A stretch of 64,000 nucleotides of DNA from Scenedesmus sp. PABB004. Its lineage: Eukaryota. Positions 1 through 12,100 of this stretch are shown here, in pieces. The notes below the pieces were generated by a model that had not been told where the DNA came from, did not search any database, and was given only the letters and a program-made list of their open reading frames with translations. Made by a program: the position numbers and the translations under genes. The stretch covers positions 1,674,001 through 1,738,000 of the forward strand of contig CM026547.1 of the NCBI GenBank assembly GCA_014905635.1, written 5' to 3'. Position 1 is the first letter of the stretch. Each line of letters opens with the position of its first letter.

Positions 1-958
1 GGCGCGGCGGGCGGCGGGCGGCGGGCGGCCGGCGGTGGTGCTCAGGGGCGCGCGTGGCGATGCGCGCGCGCAGCACGCAGAGCGCGCGCGCGCGCGCCTC
101 GAAGTGCCGCGCGAGCAGCGCCGCGCCGGCGTCGGTGAAGAGCGCGGTGTTGAACAGCAGGCACGCGCGCAGTGCCGCCGGCGGCGCGCCGCGCGGCGCG
201 GGGCTGAGCAGCAGGGCGACGTCGAGCGCCGCGGCGGCGGCCGCCGCGGCGGCGCCGTCGGCGCCCCACGCCACGCCCGCCTGGAAGAGCGGGTGGGCCA
301 TGGAGCTCTCGGGCGACAGGCCCGCGGCGGCGCAGATGTCTGCCACGCTCATGCGCGCGTGCGGCGCCACGGCGAGCAGGCGCGCGTGCAGCGCGTGCGC
401 GTGGCCGGCGAGCGCGTCGCCGCCGCCCAGCGGCGGGCAGCACAGCGGCACGAGCGGCTCGTCGCCGCCGGCCGCGAGCAGCGCGGCCGCGCGGGGCATG
501 AGCAGCGCTGAGGGCTGCGCGCCGAGCGTGATGACCTCTTGGCCGCTCACGCGCACCAGGTAGGCCTGCGCGTGAGCGCGCGCGCGTGCGGGAGGGGGAG
601 AGGAAGGCGGGCGGGGCGGGCGGCGCGTGGGCGAGAGAGAACGAGGGAGCGAGCGCCGCGCGGGCGCGGGCCGCGTGCGCGCACGTGAAACGCCGCCAGC
701 AGCGCGACGCCCGCGGTCGTGCCGGCGGCGTCGGGCAGATCCAGCCAGAGCGCGTCGGGCAGGCGGCCCAGCGCGACGCGGCCGCGGCGCGCGGTGAGCG
801 AGGCCTGCGTGCGCGCCTGCGGGGCAGCGTGGTCAATGCGCGCGCGCTGTGCGGTGCCGCGGCGCCGCCCCCGCCCGGCGGTGCCGCCGCCGCACCTTAT
901 CGAGCACGAGGTCGAGCGCCTGGGGCGCGCCCGCGAGGTGCTCCTCCCAGAACACCAT
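1..958 (-). CDS. NRPS-like / Lys2-like multidomain enzyme, 5' part (C-terminal half of a condensation domain); continues beyond the window start
   Basis: Exons 958-896, 816-685 and 565-98 splice in frame: MVFWEEHLAGAPQALDLVLDK|ARTQASL...VALLAAFH|AYLVRVSGQEVITLG...HPLFQAGVAW...LDVALLL...LLFNTALFTDAGAALLARHFE. This matches C-domain motifs (YW..QLAG.P..L.LP.D, LLAAF..LL.R.SGQ.D, HPLFQV, EYNT.LF). Confidence 0.75.
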
Positions 959-1223
959 CGCGCGCGGCCCTGCGGTCGGCGCGGGCGGCGGAGCGGGACC
1001 GGTCCCGCTCGCGCGCCGCGCCCGGCGGCCGCCCCGCAGACGGCCCTGGGTGGCGCGACCGCTCAAAACGCGGCACCTCGACCCCTCGCGAGCCGCACCT
1101 GGGCCTCGCGGCGCGAGGGGAGGGCAGGGGCGGGGCGGCAAACGGCGGCGCCGATCCCGGCTCGGCAGGGGCGCGCTGCCGCTCGGCGAGCGCGGAGAGG
1201 GTGAGGCGGAGGTGCGCGCGCGG

Positions 1224-1230
1224 CTTTATA
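1224..1230 (-). promoter_or_regulatory. Putative TATA box (TATAAAG) of the NRPS-like gene
   Basis: Rare AT-rich hexamer in very GC-rich DNA. It is followed by an ATG-free 5' exon and a candidate 5'UTR intron (GT 1098, AG 970) before ATG 958. Confidence 0.5.
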
Positions 1231-1358
1231 GGCCGGGCCGCGCGCGGGCTCAGCGCCCTGACACACACCGCGATGACGCCGCGGCGGCTCGCGCAGTACC
1301 GGCGCCCAGCTCGATCACCAGCGCCTGCGGGGTTGCCACGACGGCTCTCACGCGGTTC

Positions 1359-2447
1359 TCACTCGCCCTCGCGCCAGCCCACGGCGGCGGCGGTCGCCGC
1401 CCACAGGTCCGCCGCGAGCCGCTCGTCCAGCGCGAGCCGCTGGGCGCGGCGTGGCGCGGCGCGGCGAGGCAGCAGCACGCCAGGTCAGGTCGCACGCGGG
1501 GCGGCGCCAGCTGCGGCGCCTGCTGCCGCCGCCTGCTCGCACCCCGCCGCAGCGCGCGCCCGCCGCGCGGCGCACCGGCGGCGCCATGGGCTTGCAGTCG
1601 TGCAGCATCAGCGGCACGGGCGCGTCGGGGCTGAGCTCGGGGCTCGTGGCCGCCCACACCACCACCTGTGCGCCCTGCGCCGGCGTCCTGCCGAGCACCG
1701 GCGCGATGGCCTGAAACAGCCACGCGAACAACGGCGGCACCGACCTGCGGCGAGGCGCGCGAGCGAGGCGCTCGCACCCGCCGCGGGCGGCGGCGACGCG
1801 CGGCGCGGCCGTGCGGCGCGCGGCCGTGCGGCGCGGCGGGCGCGCCTGAAGATGGTGGTGTTGACAAAGCCGGGGCTGCAGCTCGTGGCGATGATGCCGC
1901 GGCCCGCGAGCCGCCGCTGCAGCTCCGCAGAAAACAGCACGTTGGCGAGCTTGGAGTCCGCATACGGCGCGGACCACCAGCGACCCCCCCGCACGCGGCT
2001 GTCCACGACCGCGAGGCACCCGAAGCGCGCCGCGCGGCTGGCGACGGTGACGACGCGGCTGCCGCGGCGCATCTCGGGCAGAAGGAGGTTGGTAAGCAGG
2101 AAAGGGCCGTCGTGATTGATTTCCAATGTTGACGGCCCACCCGGGTCGCCAGCGAGCACGCCCGCGTTGTTCACCAGCACCGCCAGCGGGCGGCGCCGCG
2201 ACCGCAACTCCGCGCGCTGCGACGCCGCGAAGCGCCGTATCGACGCGCCCGACGCCAGGTCGAGCGAGGCGCAGCGGCAGCTCCCCGGCAGCCGCCGGGC
2301 GTCGAGCTCCGCCGCCGCCGCGGCGCACCGTTCGGCGCTGCGGCAGGCGAGCACCACCTCCGCGCCCGCGGCCATCAGCCCCGCGGCGACCTCCTTGCCC
2401 AGGCCCGCGTTGGCCCCCGTCACGATGCACACATCGCCCGGCTGCAT
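1359..2447 (-). CDS. Short-chain dehydrogenase/reductase (retinol dehydrogenase-like), 3 exons
   Basis: VCIVTGANAGLGKE (TGxxxGxG), LVNNAGV, YADSKLANVLFSAELQRR (YxxxK), SPGFVNT; ends AAVGWREGE-TGA. Confidence 0.9.
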
Positions 2448-2739
2448 CTCCCGAGCGCGCCCCGCTGCTGGTGTGGGGCGGCGGCGCTGCTGGCGGCGGG
2501 CGCTCGGAGCTGGTGACGGTGTTGGCGTGCTGCGCTGGTGACGAGATCGGTGTTGGAGTGTGTCGAAATGGGTGTCGGCGTGCCGAGCGGGCGGCGAGGT
2601 CGGCCGTGCGGGTGAGCGCCAGCCGCCGTTGCGCCGCCACAGCCGCTCGTCGCGACGCACCCATGTGATCCGTTTTCCGTCTCATCGCTGCGCTCTCCAC
2701 CCCTGATCCGCGATGCTGCCTCCGCGCCATCCCGCGCGC

Positions 2740-5545
2740 ATGGACGCGCTCAATACGCTGGCGGCCGAGATGCAGGTGCACGGCGGCGGCCGCCGCCGCC
2801 GGGGCGGGCGCGCGCTGCTGCGGGCCGCCGCGATGGCACGCCGGCGGTGCCGTGAAATGCCGGGTGGCGCCACACCCTCGCGCGCCGGCCGCGTGCGGCG
2901 GCGGCGCCGGCAGCAGCAGCGGCGAGGAAGCGGCGTTGGCGCCGCCTGCGCGCCGGCCCGCCCCGGGCTCAGGCCCGCCCGGGACGTTGCAAGCCTCGCC
3001 TGCCCACCGTCAGGCGGGCCGCGGCAGCAGCCCCGCCGCAGCAGGTCGCCCCACTGCTGCTTGAGTGTGACCGGCGCCGCCGCGCCTCCCCGCAGGCGGC
3101 CATGGCCGACGAGGCCGTGCTGGACCACCGCCTGCGGCACACGCGCAGCTTCAACGACGTGCAGGCCGTGGACGCGGGCCACGCGGGTGGGCGCGCGCGC
3201 GGGCGCGCAGGGCCGCGACGACGGCGCGCGCGGGCCGCCGCAGCGGCGCCGCACGGGCGGCCGACCGCTGCCCGCCCGTTGGCCGCGGCGGCGCCGCGGC
3301 GCAGGCGTGATCCCGCCGCTGCAGAAGATCCGCAAGACCAACCTGAGCGAGCAGCTGTTTGCGGGGTCGCTCAAGGCGGTGCAGGAGGACGAGAACGAGG
3401 TGGCTGAGGTCGTCATCGTCTGCGAGCCCGAGGGCGCCACGCTCACCATGGGCGGCCTGCACCCGCGGTGCGCCCGCGGCGGCCGCGCGGCGGCCGCGTG
3501 TCGCGCGGCGCGGCGGCCGCGTGTCGCGCGGCGCGGCTGAGCGGCGGCGCCGCGCAGGGGCTCCCTGTATGAGCGGCCCGTCAACATCGACTCGGCCAAG
3601 GCCCAGCACGCCGCCTTCCGCGAGGTGCGCGCCCTGCGCTGGGGGAGGGGGGGGCTGCGCGCCCCGCGCCGGCGGGGCTGCGCGGGCGGCGCCGGCGGGG
3701 CGCGGGGGCCTGCGCGGGCGGCGCCGGCGGGGGCGCGGGGGCCTGCAGGGGCGCGGGGGCCTGCACGGGCGCCCCCGCCCAGCCGCCCCCGCCGCCCCCG
3801 CCGCGCGTGCGCGGCCGCGCGGCAGGTGCTGCGCGCGCACGGCGTGCGCGTGCTGACGGTGCGCGAGATCCTCGCGTTTGGCGTGGAGGAGCGCATGGGC
3901 GCGCGCGTGGAGCTGGAGGAGCTCGCCGCCGACACGCTGACCTACCGGATCGCCGACGGTGCGCGCGCCCGCGCTCACGCGCCGCTCCCATGCCGCGCCC
4001 TTCGCGCCCCGCGCTCACGCGCCCCGCCGCGTGCGCCAGGCCACGACCCCGCCGACCTGAGCGAGGGCGACCGCTTCTACCTGAGCGACGACTACAAGCG
4101 CAGCGTCGTCAGCGCAATGAGCACGAGCCAGCTCATCGAGATCTGCCTCATCAACCCCACCGTCACGCTGCTGCCCAGCTTCAGGCGCGCGGCACCCGCG
4201 GCGCGCGCCGGCGCGCGCCGGCGCGCGGGGCTCGGCGCGGCCCCGCGCCGCGCCGGCCGCGGCCCCGCGCCGACGCGCCGCCGGCGGCGCGCCCGACGCA
4301 GGGACACGGGCCTGACGGCGAGCTACACGTTCGAGCCGCTCTCCAACCTCGTGTACACGCGGGACCAGCAGATCACGACCTGCCGCGGCATCGTCATGGG
4401 CCGCCTGCGCAGCCAGCAGCGCCAGAAGGAGGTGGAGCTCATGTCGTACTGCTTCAACAAGCTCGGTGCGTGGCGCCGCACACACGCAGCGGCGGCGGCG
4501 CACCCCGTGGCCCCGCCACCAACCGACCTGCTGCCGCCGCCGCCAACCCGCCGCCGCCGCCGCCGCCGCCGCCGCGTCGCAGGCCTGCCGGTCGCGGGGC
4601 GCATCGTTGAGCCGGGCTTCCTCGAGGGCGGCGACTTCTTCCCCATGGGCCAGGACCTCGCGCTCGTGGGCGTGGGCCTGCGCAGCAACGTGGAGGCGTG
4701 CGAGCAGCTCATGGCGCGCGACCTGCTCGGCACGCGCCGCCTCGGCGTCGTGCGGGACGACTTTGACCGCGACCAGGCGCGCGCCGCGCGCGGCCGCGCC
4801 CCGCCCGCGCCGCCGGCGCCGACGCCGCCGCCTGCGCGCGCGTGGCGGCGCCGCAGGACCGCATGCACCTGGACTGCGTGTTCAGCGTGCTGGGCGAGCG
4901 CTGCTGCATCATGCTGGAGACGATCATGGGCGCCGACAGCCCGACGCGCCGCCTCGTGGACGAGTATGTGCGCGACCCGGCGACCAAGAAGTACTCACTC
5001 GCGCGGTGAGCCGCTGCCACGCGTCGCCGCGCTGCTCCGCGCCGCGCCCGCCCGCAGCGGCCGGCCGGCGGCCGGCGGCGTCCGCGGCGGCGCGCGCCCG
5101 CCCGAGCGCCGCCCGCCGCCGCCGGCGCCGGCGCCGCGTGGGCGCAGGGAGGGCGTCGAGTTTGCCGAGTTTGTTCGCGGCGAGGGCTTTTCGATCATCC
5201 CCATCAAGCACGAGCACCAGCTCGCGTACGCCTGCAACGTGCTCAACCTGGGCAAGGGCCGCATCATCAGCGTGCACGCGCCGAGCGCGCGCGAGATCGT
5301 GAAGCACGAGGCCTTCACCGGCGACGTGCAGGCGCGCGCGCCGCGCCGCTGCAGCGCCGCCGCGCCGCCGCGCCGCCGCCGGCTGCTGACCGCCGCCACT
5401 GCTGCCGCGGTCATCATCGCCGCCGCAGGTGATTGACTTCAGCAGCGTGACGTCGATGTACGGCAGCGTGCACTGCGCGAGCCAGGTCGTGCGGCGCGTG
5501 CCCGTCCGCTTCGTCGCGGACGGCGCCGCGCCCGAGGACAACTGA
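2740..5545 (+). CDS. ADI1: Arginine deiminase (amidinotransferase superfamily), ~11 exons
   Basis: Catalytic motifs NLVYTRDQ, LEGGDFF, RMHLDCVFS and YGSVHCASQV are present after splicing; ends DGAAPEDN-TGA. Confidence 0.9.
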
Positions 5546-6121
5546 GGCCCGCCCCGGCGGCGCGCGGGGAATGCTCTGGCGCACGCGCGCGCGCACGCGC
5601 GCGCGCGCAGGCCGGCCGCGCGGGAGCGGGCCGCCGCGCCTTGTGTGCGGGGTCCCGCCCGCCGCGCGGCGGCCGCAGGGGGCGGGCCGCAGCGGCGGCG
5701 CCCACCCTCGTGGGCGCGCGCCCTGGCGGACGCTGGGGGAGGGGCGGGGGCTGTGCGTGTGAAGGGAGGAACGACCTGCGCCAGGGGGACGGGGGGCGGC
5801 GGGCCAGGAAATCGAGCAAAACCGAGCGTCACCCGCGCGCCGCGCGTCGCCGGGCGCCTGACCGCCCGATCGGCGGCGACCGCGCCACCGAGCGCAGTTG
5901 CGTTGGTGAGTTGGTGCGCTGCAGCCGCTGCGCGCACCGGCACCCGTGCCTTGCTGCGGCGGCGGGCGACGACCTCCGGAAGCGCGCGGCCGCCGGCGCG
6001 CGCCGCATCCAATTGCCTCCCCACGGCAGCCCCACATCCCCGCCCGCACGCTCCGCCCGCTCTGCCCTCTCCGCCGTCCTTCCGCCCGTCCACGGCGCGC
6101 CGTTCGCAGCCGCAGAGCAGC

Positions 6122-7422
6122 ATGCAGTCGACCGCGCTCCGGGCCGCCAGGCGCGCTGGCGCGCCCACGCGCGCCGCCCGCAGCGGCGTGACCGTTCGCG
6201 CTGCGGTGGCGGTGCCCCAGCAGGTGCGGGGCGGGGCGCGCGGGGCGCGGCCGCCGCTGGGCGGGCGCGGCAGCAGCAGCAGCTCGACCCCCGCCCCTCG
6301 GCCCGCGCGCCCCGCAGTTCAGCGCCGTGAAGCCCGTGGGCGACCGCGTGCTGGTCAAGGTCGACAAGGAGGAGGCCAAGAGCGTCGGCGGCGTGCTGCT
6401 GCCGGTGGCGTCGCAGACGAAGCAGACGGCGGGCTCCATCGTCGCAGCTGGCGACGTGGGCTCGGTCAAGGTGCGCGCCGCGCGCCATTGGCACGGCCCG
6501 CGCCCTGGGCGGCCCCGGCCGGCGGCGCGGCGCGGCCGCGGCCCGGCGCGGCGGCGCGGCGCGGCCAGCCGCCGGCGGCGCGCGGCGCTGAGCGGCGCCC
6601 GCTCGGCGCTTCGCACCACCGCCGCCGCGCGCAGGCGGGCGACCGCGTGGTGTACAGCAAGTACGCGGGCACCGAGATGGAGCTGGCCGGCGAGGACCAC
6701 GTGCTCATCAAGGTGCGCCGCCCCGGATCGGCCCGCCGCCGCGCGGCCGTGCCCGGGGGAGAGCGAGGGAGGGAGGCACGCGGGCGGCCGGCGCGGCAGC
6801 GGCGGCAGCGGCGGCGGCGGCCCGCGGCCGCCCGCGGCGGAGGGCCCGGCGGCGCTCGGCGGCGGGGCCGGCGCGCGCACCCACGCGCCGCGCCCGCGCG
6901 CCGCGCCGCGCCCGCGCTCTGCCGCCGCTGGCAGGAGGAGGACGTGATCGGCCTCATGCCGGCGGGGGACAAGATCGCGGCGCTCAAGCCCCTCGGCGAC
7001 CGCGTGCTCATCAAGTGCGCGGAGAAGGAGAAGACGACCGCGGGCGGCGTGCTGCTGGCGAGCGACAGCGGCGACAAGCCCAACTTTGGGACCGTCGTCG
7101 CGGTCGGCGCCGGCAAGAAGGCGGAGGAGGGGAAGCCCGCCGAGGCGCCCAACGTCGCCGTCGGCGCGACCGTGATGTACAGCAAGTACAGCGGCACCGA
7201 GTTCGAGGTGAGCCCTCGGCGGCGGGGGCGACGGCGCGCGCGGCCGCGCGTGCCCCGCCGGCAGCGGGGCCGCTCGCCGCGACGGCCGCGCGCGGCGCCG
7301 CCGGAAGGCGGCCGCCCGAGCCCAGCGCCGCGCCTCGCCGTGTCGCGCGGTGCCGCGCGCAGGAGGACGACGAGTCATTCATCGTCGTGCGGGAGAGCGA
7401 CATCCTGGCCGCGCTCTCCTGA
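6122..7422 (+). CDS. CPN20: Chloroplast 20 kDa co-chaperonin (tandem GroES domains), 5 exons
   Basis: Transit peptide MQSTALRAARR...VRAA followed by two GroES repeats (KPVGDRVLVK..GGVLLP..YSKYAGTE; KPLGDRVLIK..GGVLL..YSKYSGTE..VRESDILA). Confidence 0.93.
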
Positions 7423-7854
7423 TGAGCGCGGGCGGCGGCGGGGGGCGGCGGGCGGCGTCTGGGCGCAGGAGTGTGCGGACGGGCGCGCGCTGCCCCCGCG
7501 CCGGCGCGGCTGCAGGCGCAGCGGCGGCGGCGCGGGCGCGCGCGGGCTGCAGCGCGCGGGGTATCGGCTGGCTCGTGCGCCGCGCCGCGCTCCGGTGTTG
7601 GTCAGGCCAGAGCCGCTGCAGCCTCTCCAGCAGCAGGAGCAGCGTCTGCAAGCGCGGCAGGCCCCCACACACCCCGCGCCGACCGCGGCCGCCCGCGCCG
7701 GCCGCCGCAGCCGGCCAGTGCCGGCCGCCGCTGCCGGATCTGTCCGATCTGTGGGCGCCCTGGCGTGCGCGTGGCGCGTCAGCGAGGCTCGGCTAAACCG
7801 CGCCAGCCTGCCGTCTCCGCGAGCCATCCCCCGTGCCCCGCCGCCTGCTCGGGC

Positions 7855-7860
7855 CTTTCT
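7855..7860 (+). promoter_or_regulatory. Putative 5' oligopyrimidine (TOP-like) start of RPL41
   Basis: CTTTCT about 30 nt upstream of the ribosomal protein ATG. Confidence 0.35.
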
Positions 7861-7886
7861 GAATCGTTCAGAAGCAGCCCGTCAAC

Positions 7887-8143
7887 ATGCGCGCCAAGGT
7901 GCGGGGCTCCCGGGCGCGCCGCGGCGGCCCGCCATCGCGCAGCCGGCCGCTGCGGCGCGGCCAGCGGCCGCGGGGCCGCGCCCGCCCGCCCGGGCGCCGC
8001 CCGGGGCGCCGCTGCCCCCAACCCCGCGCCGCGGCGCCGCGCTCAACCCGCGCGCCGCCCGGCCGCTGCGCCCGCAGTGGAGGAAGAAGCGCATGAGGCG
8101 CCTGAAGCGCAAGCGCAGGAAGATGCGGCAGCGCAGCAAGTAG
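7887..8143 (+). CDS. RPL41: 60S ribosomal protein eL41 (25 aa), 2 exons
   Basis: Exon 7887-7898 MRAK, GT-AG intron 7899-8077, exon 8078-8143 [24 protein letters not shown]. Canonical eL41 sequence. Confidence 0.97.
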
Positions 8144-9125
8144 GCGCCGCGCGCAGGCGCCCCGGGCACGCAGGCGGCGCCAGCAGCGGCTGGCGGCCTT
8201 GATCCCGAGTAAAATGCTGCTCGGCGCCCCCGGAGCGCACGGCCGGGCGCGGGGGGCACGGTGGGAGCCGCGGGGCGCAGCCCAGGGCATCCAGCGCCAG
8301 CCGCAGCGGCGCGGCGGGCGGCGGGCAGCGGGCGCGGCGGCGGCTGGCAGCGGCCGGCAGCGACGGCCGGCGGCAGCGGCAGCGGCAGCGGCAGCGGGGG
8401 GCTGGGCGGGCAGCCGGCAGGCAGGGCGCAGCAGCCGTGCGGCAGCGGCGGGGGCCGCAGGCGGAGCGGGAGCAGCAGCGGCGCGCGTGCGGCTGCGGCC
8501 AGCCGGCTGCTCGGCGGGCGGCAGCGCGCAGGAGCAGCGGCGGCGGCAGACGGAGGAGCAGACGCAGCGGCGGCGGCGGTGCCGGCAGCGGGCGGCGCGG
8601 GCGCCAGCAGCAGCGGGCAGCGGCGGGGCCCGGGCGCGCGCGGTTGTTTGCAGACCGGGCGCCGACGACTCGCCGGCGACGACAGCAGACCGAGCGCGCC
8701 ACAGCAGCATCGCCCGGCGCCCCTCTGTGCCACCGCCCGCGCCGGCGGCCGGCGGCAGCCGCGCCGCCTGCGCGCGCGCGCGCTGCAGCCCGTGCGCGCG
8801 CGCGCCGGCGACCGCCCAGCTCAGCCCCGCCCGCGCGGTTGCTTGCGGCGCGGGGCCCGCACCGCGCAGGGCGATCGCCGCGGGCTGCCGCGTGTCGGCG
8901 CGCCAGTCGGGAGCCAACCCCCTCACTTTGCCGGGCCCTGCCGGCAGCTGCCGCCCCCGGCAGCCCCTCCCGCCGATCACTGACCCTTCTCCGCCCGCAC
9001 TCTGAGCTGTCGGCGGCTCCCTGCGCGCTGCCGCTCGCCGGGCGCCGAACGGAGCCGCCTGCGCGCAGTCGGGAGGGCCTGCTGCCCCGCTCGCGCCGCT
9101 GCGGCCGCGCGCGCCGCGCGACGGG

Positions 9126-12100
9126 ATGGGGCTCTTCGCCAAGCGCGCGCCGCCGGCGGCGGAGGCCGCTGCGGGCGAGGGCGGCGCCGCCGGGGGCGGC
9201 GCCGCCGTCGAGCGCGGCGCGTACACGGTGGACGAGCATCTCCTCAAGCCGCACGAGGTGGCGGCGCGCTTCGGCACGTCCATCGACGCCGCCAACGTCG
9301 GCGCCAGCCGCGGCCTCACCGCCGCGCAGGTGCGGCGGCCGCCAGCGGCGCCGGGCGGTCAACGGCCGCTGCTCGCTCGCCGGCGCGCGCCGCACACACA
9401 CCCGCCGCGCCCGCCGCGACCGCGCGCAGGTGGCCGAGGCGCGCAAGGCGCACGGCCTGAACCAGCTCACGCCGCCCAAGACGACGCCGGAGATCGTCAA
9501 GTTCCTGCTGCAGTTCACCAACCCGCTCATGGCGCTGCTGCTCGTGGCGGGCGCGCTCACGTTCATGGCCTACGCCATCCAGTCGCCGCGCGACAAGAAC
9601 AACGCCATCCTCGCCGCCGCGCTCATCATCGTCGTCACGCTGACCTGCATCATGTCCTACTGGCAGGAGCGCTCCGCAAGCAACGTCATGGGTGCGCGCG
9701 CCGCCGCCGCGCGGACGCGGCCGCGGCCGCACCGCCGCGCCGTCGCACTGCCGCGCCGCCGCCGCGCCCCACGCCCCGCCCGCGCCGCCGCCGCGCGCGC
9801 AGCGTCGCTGAAGCGCATGATGCCCAACAAGTGCACCGTCATGCGCGACGGCGTGGAGCAGAAGGTCGACGCGGCGGAGCTCGTGCCGGGCGACCTCGTG
9901 CGCCTCTACATCGGCGACCGCGTGCCCGCCGACATCCGCATCATCGAGACCGCCGACCTCAAGGTGCCGCCGCCGCTGGCCCCGCCGCCGCCCCCGCCGC
10001 TGGCCCCGCCGACCCGCGGAACCGCGGGGCCGCCGCCGACCCGCGCCGCCCGCCGCTCGCGCGCGGCGCCGCAGGTGGAGTGCTCGAGCCTGACGGGCGA
10101 GAGCGACCTGGTGCCGGCGAGCGTGGAGGCCAAGCACGAGACGCCCGCGGAGGCGCGCAACCTGGTGTTTATGAGCAGCCTCGCGATGAACGGCGAGGGC
10201 CGCGGCATCGTCGTGCGCACGGGCGACCAGACCATGATCGGCAAGATCGCCACGCTCGCGACCGACACGCACACGCACCGCTCCACGCTGCAGGCGCGCG
10301 CATGGGGGCGGCGCGCGGGGGCAGGCGCGCGCGCGGCGCCGCGCGGCGCCAGCTGCGCGCCGCCGACGACCGCGCGCCGCGCCGCGCCGCGCCGCGCAGG
10401 TCGAGGTGCACCGCCTCGTGTGGTTTGTGGGCGCGCTCGCGTTCACCGTCGCGCTCATCCTGTTTGTGGTGCGCGCCGCGCCAGCGCGCGTGCGCGCGCG
10501 CGTGCGTCGCGTGTTGGCGCTGCGGGCGCGACGCTCGCGGGCGCGGAGCTCACGCGCCGGGGCCGTGCTGGGCCGCGGCAGGTGGGCCTGATCCGCAAGA
10601 CCAACCCGCTCGTCGCGTTTGTCAACGGCTTCATCCTGGTCATCGTGGCCAACGTGCCCGAGGCGCGCGCCGCGCGCGGCCGCCGGCGCCCCTGCCCGCG
10701 CCCGGCCCCGCGCCGCGCCGCGCCGCGCCGCGCCGCGCCGCGCCGGCGCCCGCCCACGTGCGGGGCACGCGCGCGCAGGGCCTGCCCGCGACGGTGACGT
10801 CGCTGCTGAGCCTCACGGCGCTGCGGCTGCGCGACCGGCGCGTGCTGATCAAGCGCACCGACATCATCGAGAACCTCGGCGTCGCGACGATCATCGCCAG
10901 CGACAAGACCGGCACGCTCACGCAGAACAAGATGACGGTCGAAAACATCTTCTGCAACAGCGTGCGCGCGCGGACCTGTCGCCGCGCGCGGGCCGCCGCC
11001 GCCGCCGCCGCACGCGCCCAGCCAGCCGCCCGCGCCGCCCTGACGCGGACCCCCGCCGCGCGCCGCCGCCGCGTCGCCGCGCAGGAGCTGCACCGCGGCG
11101 CGACCTTCCAGCCGCCGCCGTCGGCGCCGCTCGCGTCGCTGGAGCGCGCGTCGACGCTCGCCAAGATCTCGCTCGCGCGGCGCAGCAACCTCGGCCGCGC
11201 GAGCGCCGCGCTCGGCCGCCTCTCGCGCATCACGTCGGGCGGGCTCGGCCGCACGAGCGCGCTCGCGCGCGTCTCGCACGACCCCGCGACCCAGATGGCG
11301 GTCGGCCGCACGGGGCGCCCGCGCGGCGACGGCTCGTTCGAGCTGGAGGGCGTCAGCAGCGACGGCAAGCCCCCGGCGCAGCCCCTGCCGCCGATGCAGG
11401 AGGAGGCGCCGCGCATCGGCACGTTCATGGTGCAGTCGTTCGCGGAGCTCTCCGCAATCACCTGGGAGCGCAGCAGCGCGCTCACCAAGCTGCTCACCAT
11501 CGCGGTCGTCGCCAACAAGGCCAAGTTCACCATTGGCGAGGACAACGACGCGGGTGCGGCGCGCGCGGCGCGGCCTCGGGCGCGGCCTCGGGCGCGGCGG
11601 GGCGCGGCGCGGCGCGGCGCGGCGCGGCGTGCGCTGCCCGCGCGCGCTCACGCGCGCGCACGCCGGCGCCGCCGTCCAGGCAAGCAGCGCGACCACACGG
11701 CCATCACGGTGCCCATGTTCCAGGGCGGCGAGGACACGCGGCAGATCCTGGGCGACGCCACCGACAGCGGCCTGCTGCGCTACTGCGACCGCCTCGCGCC
11801 CTCGGGCCTCGTGCGCATGGCGTACAAGAAGGTGCGGCGCGCACCGCGCGGGCTGCGCGACCGCCGGGCGCAGCCTTGGCGGCCGGCGTCGCGCGCCGGC
11901 CCGACGCCGCGCCGCGCACCGCCGCGCCGGCCGGCGGTGCAGGTCTTTGACATTCCCTTCAACTCTGCCAACAAGTGGAGCCTCGCGGTCACGAGCTGCC
12001 CCGGCGACGCGGCGCACCAGCTGGTGCTCATGAAGGGCGCGCCCGAGATCGTGCTCACCAAGTGCAGCCACCACCTGCGCGACGGCGCCGAGGCGCCCAT

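Noticed and set aside
5326..5428. Last ADI intron counted as a certain GC-AG intron
   Set aside because: An in-frame GT donor lies 6 nt upstream, so it is ambiguous without transcripts.
8200..9120. Possible gene between RPL41 and the ATPase
   Set aside because: Low-complexity GCA/GCG-rich sequence with no recognisable protein or exon structure; probably UTR or promoter.
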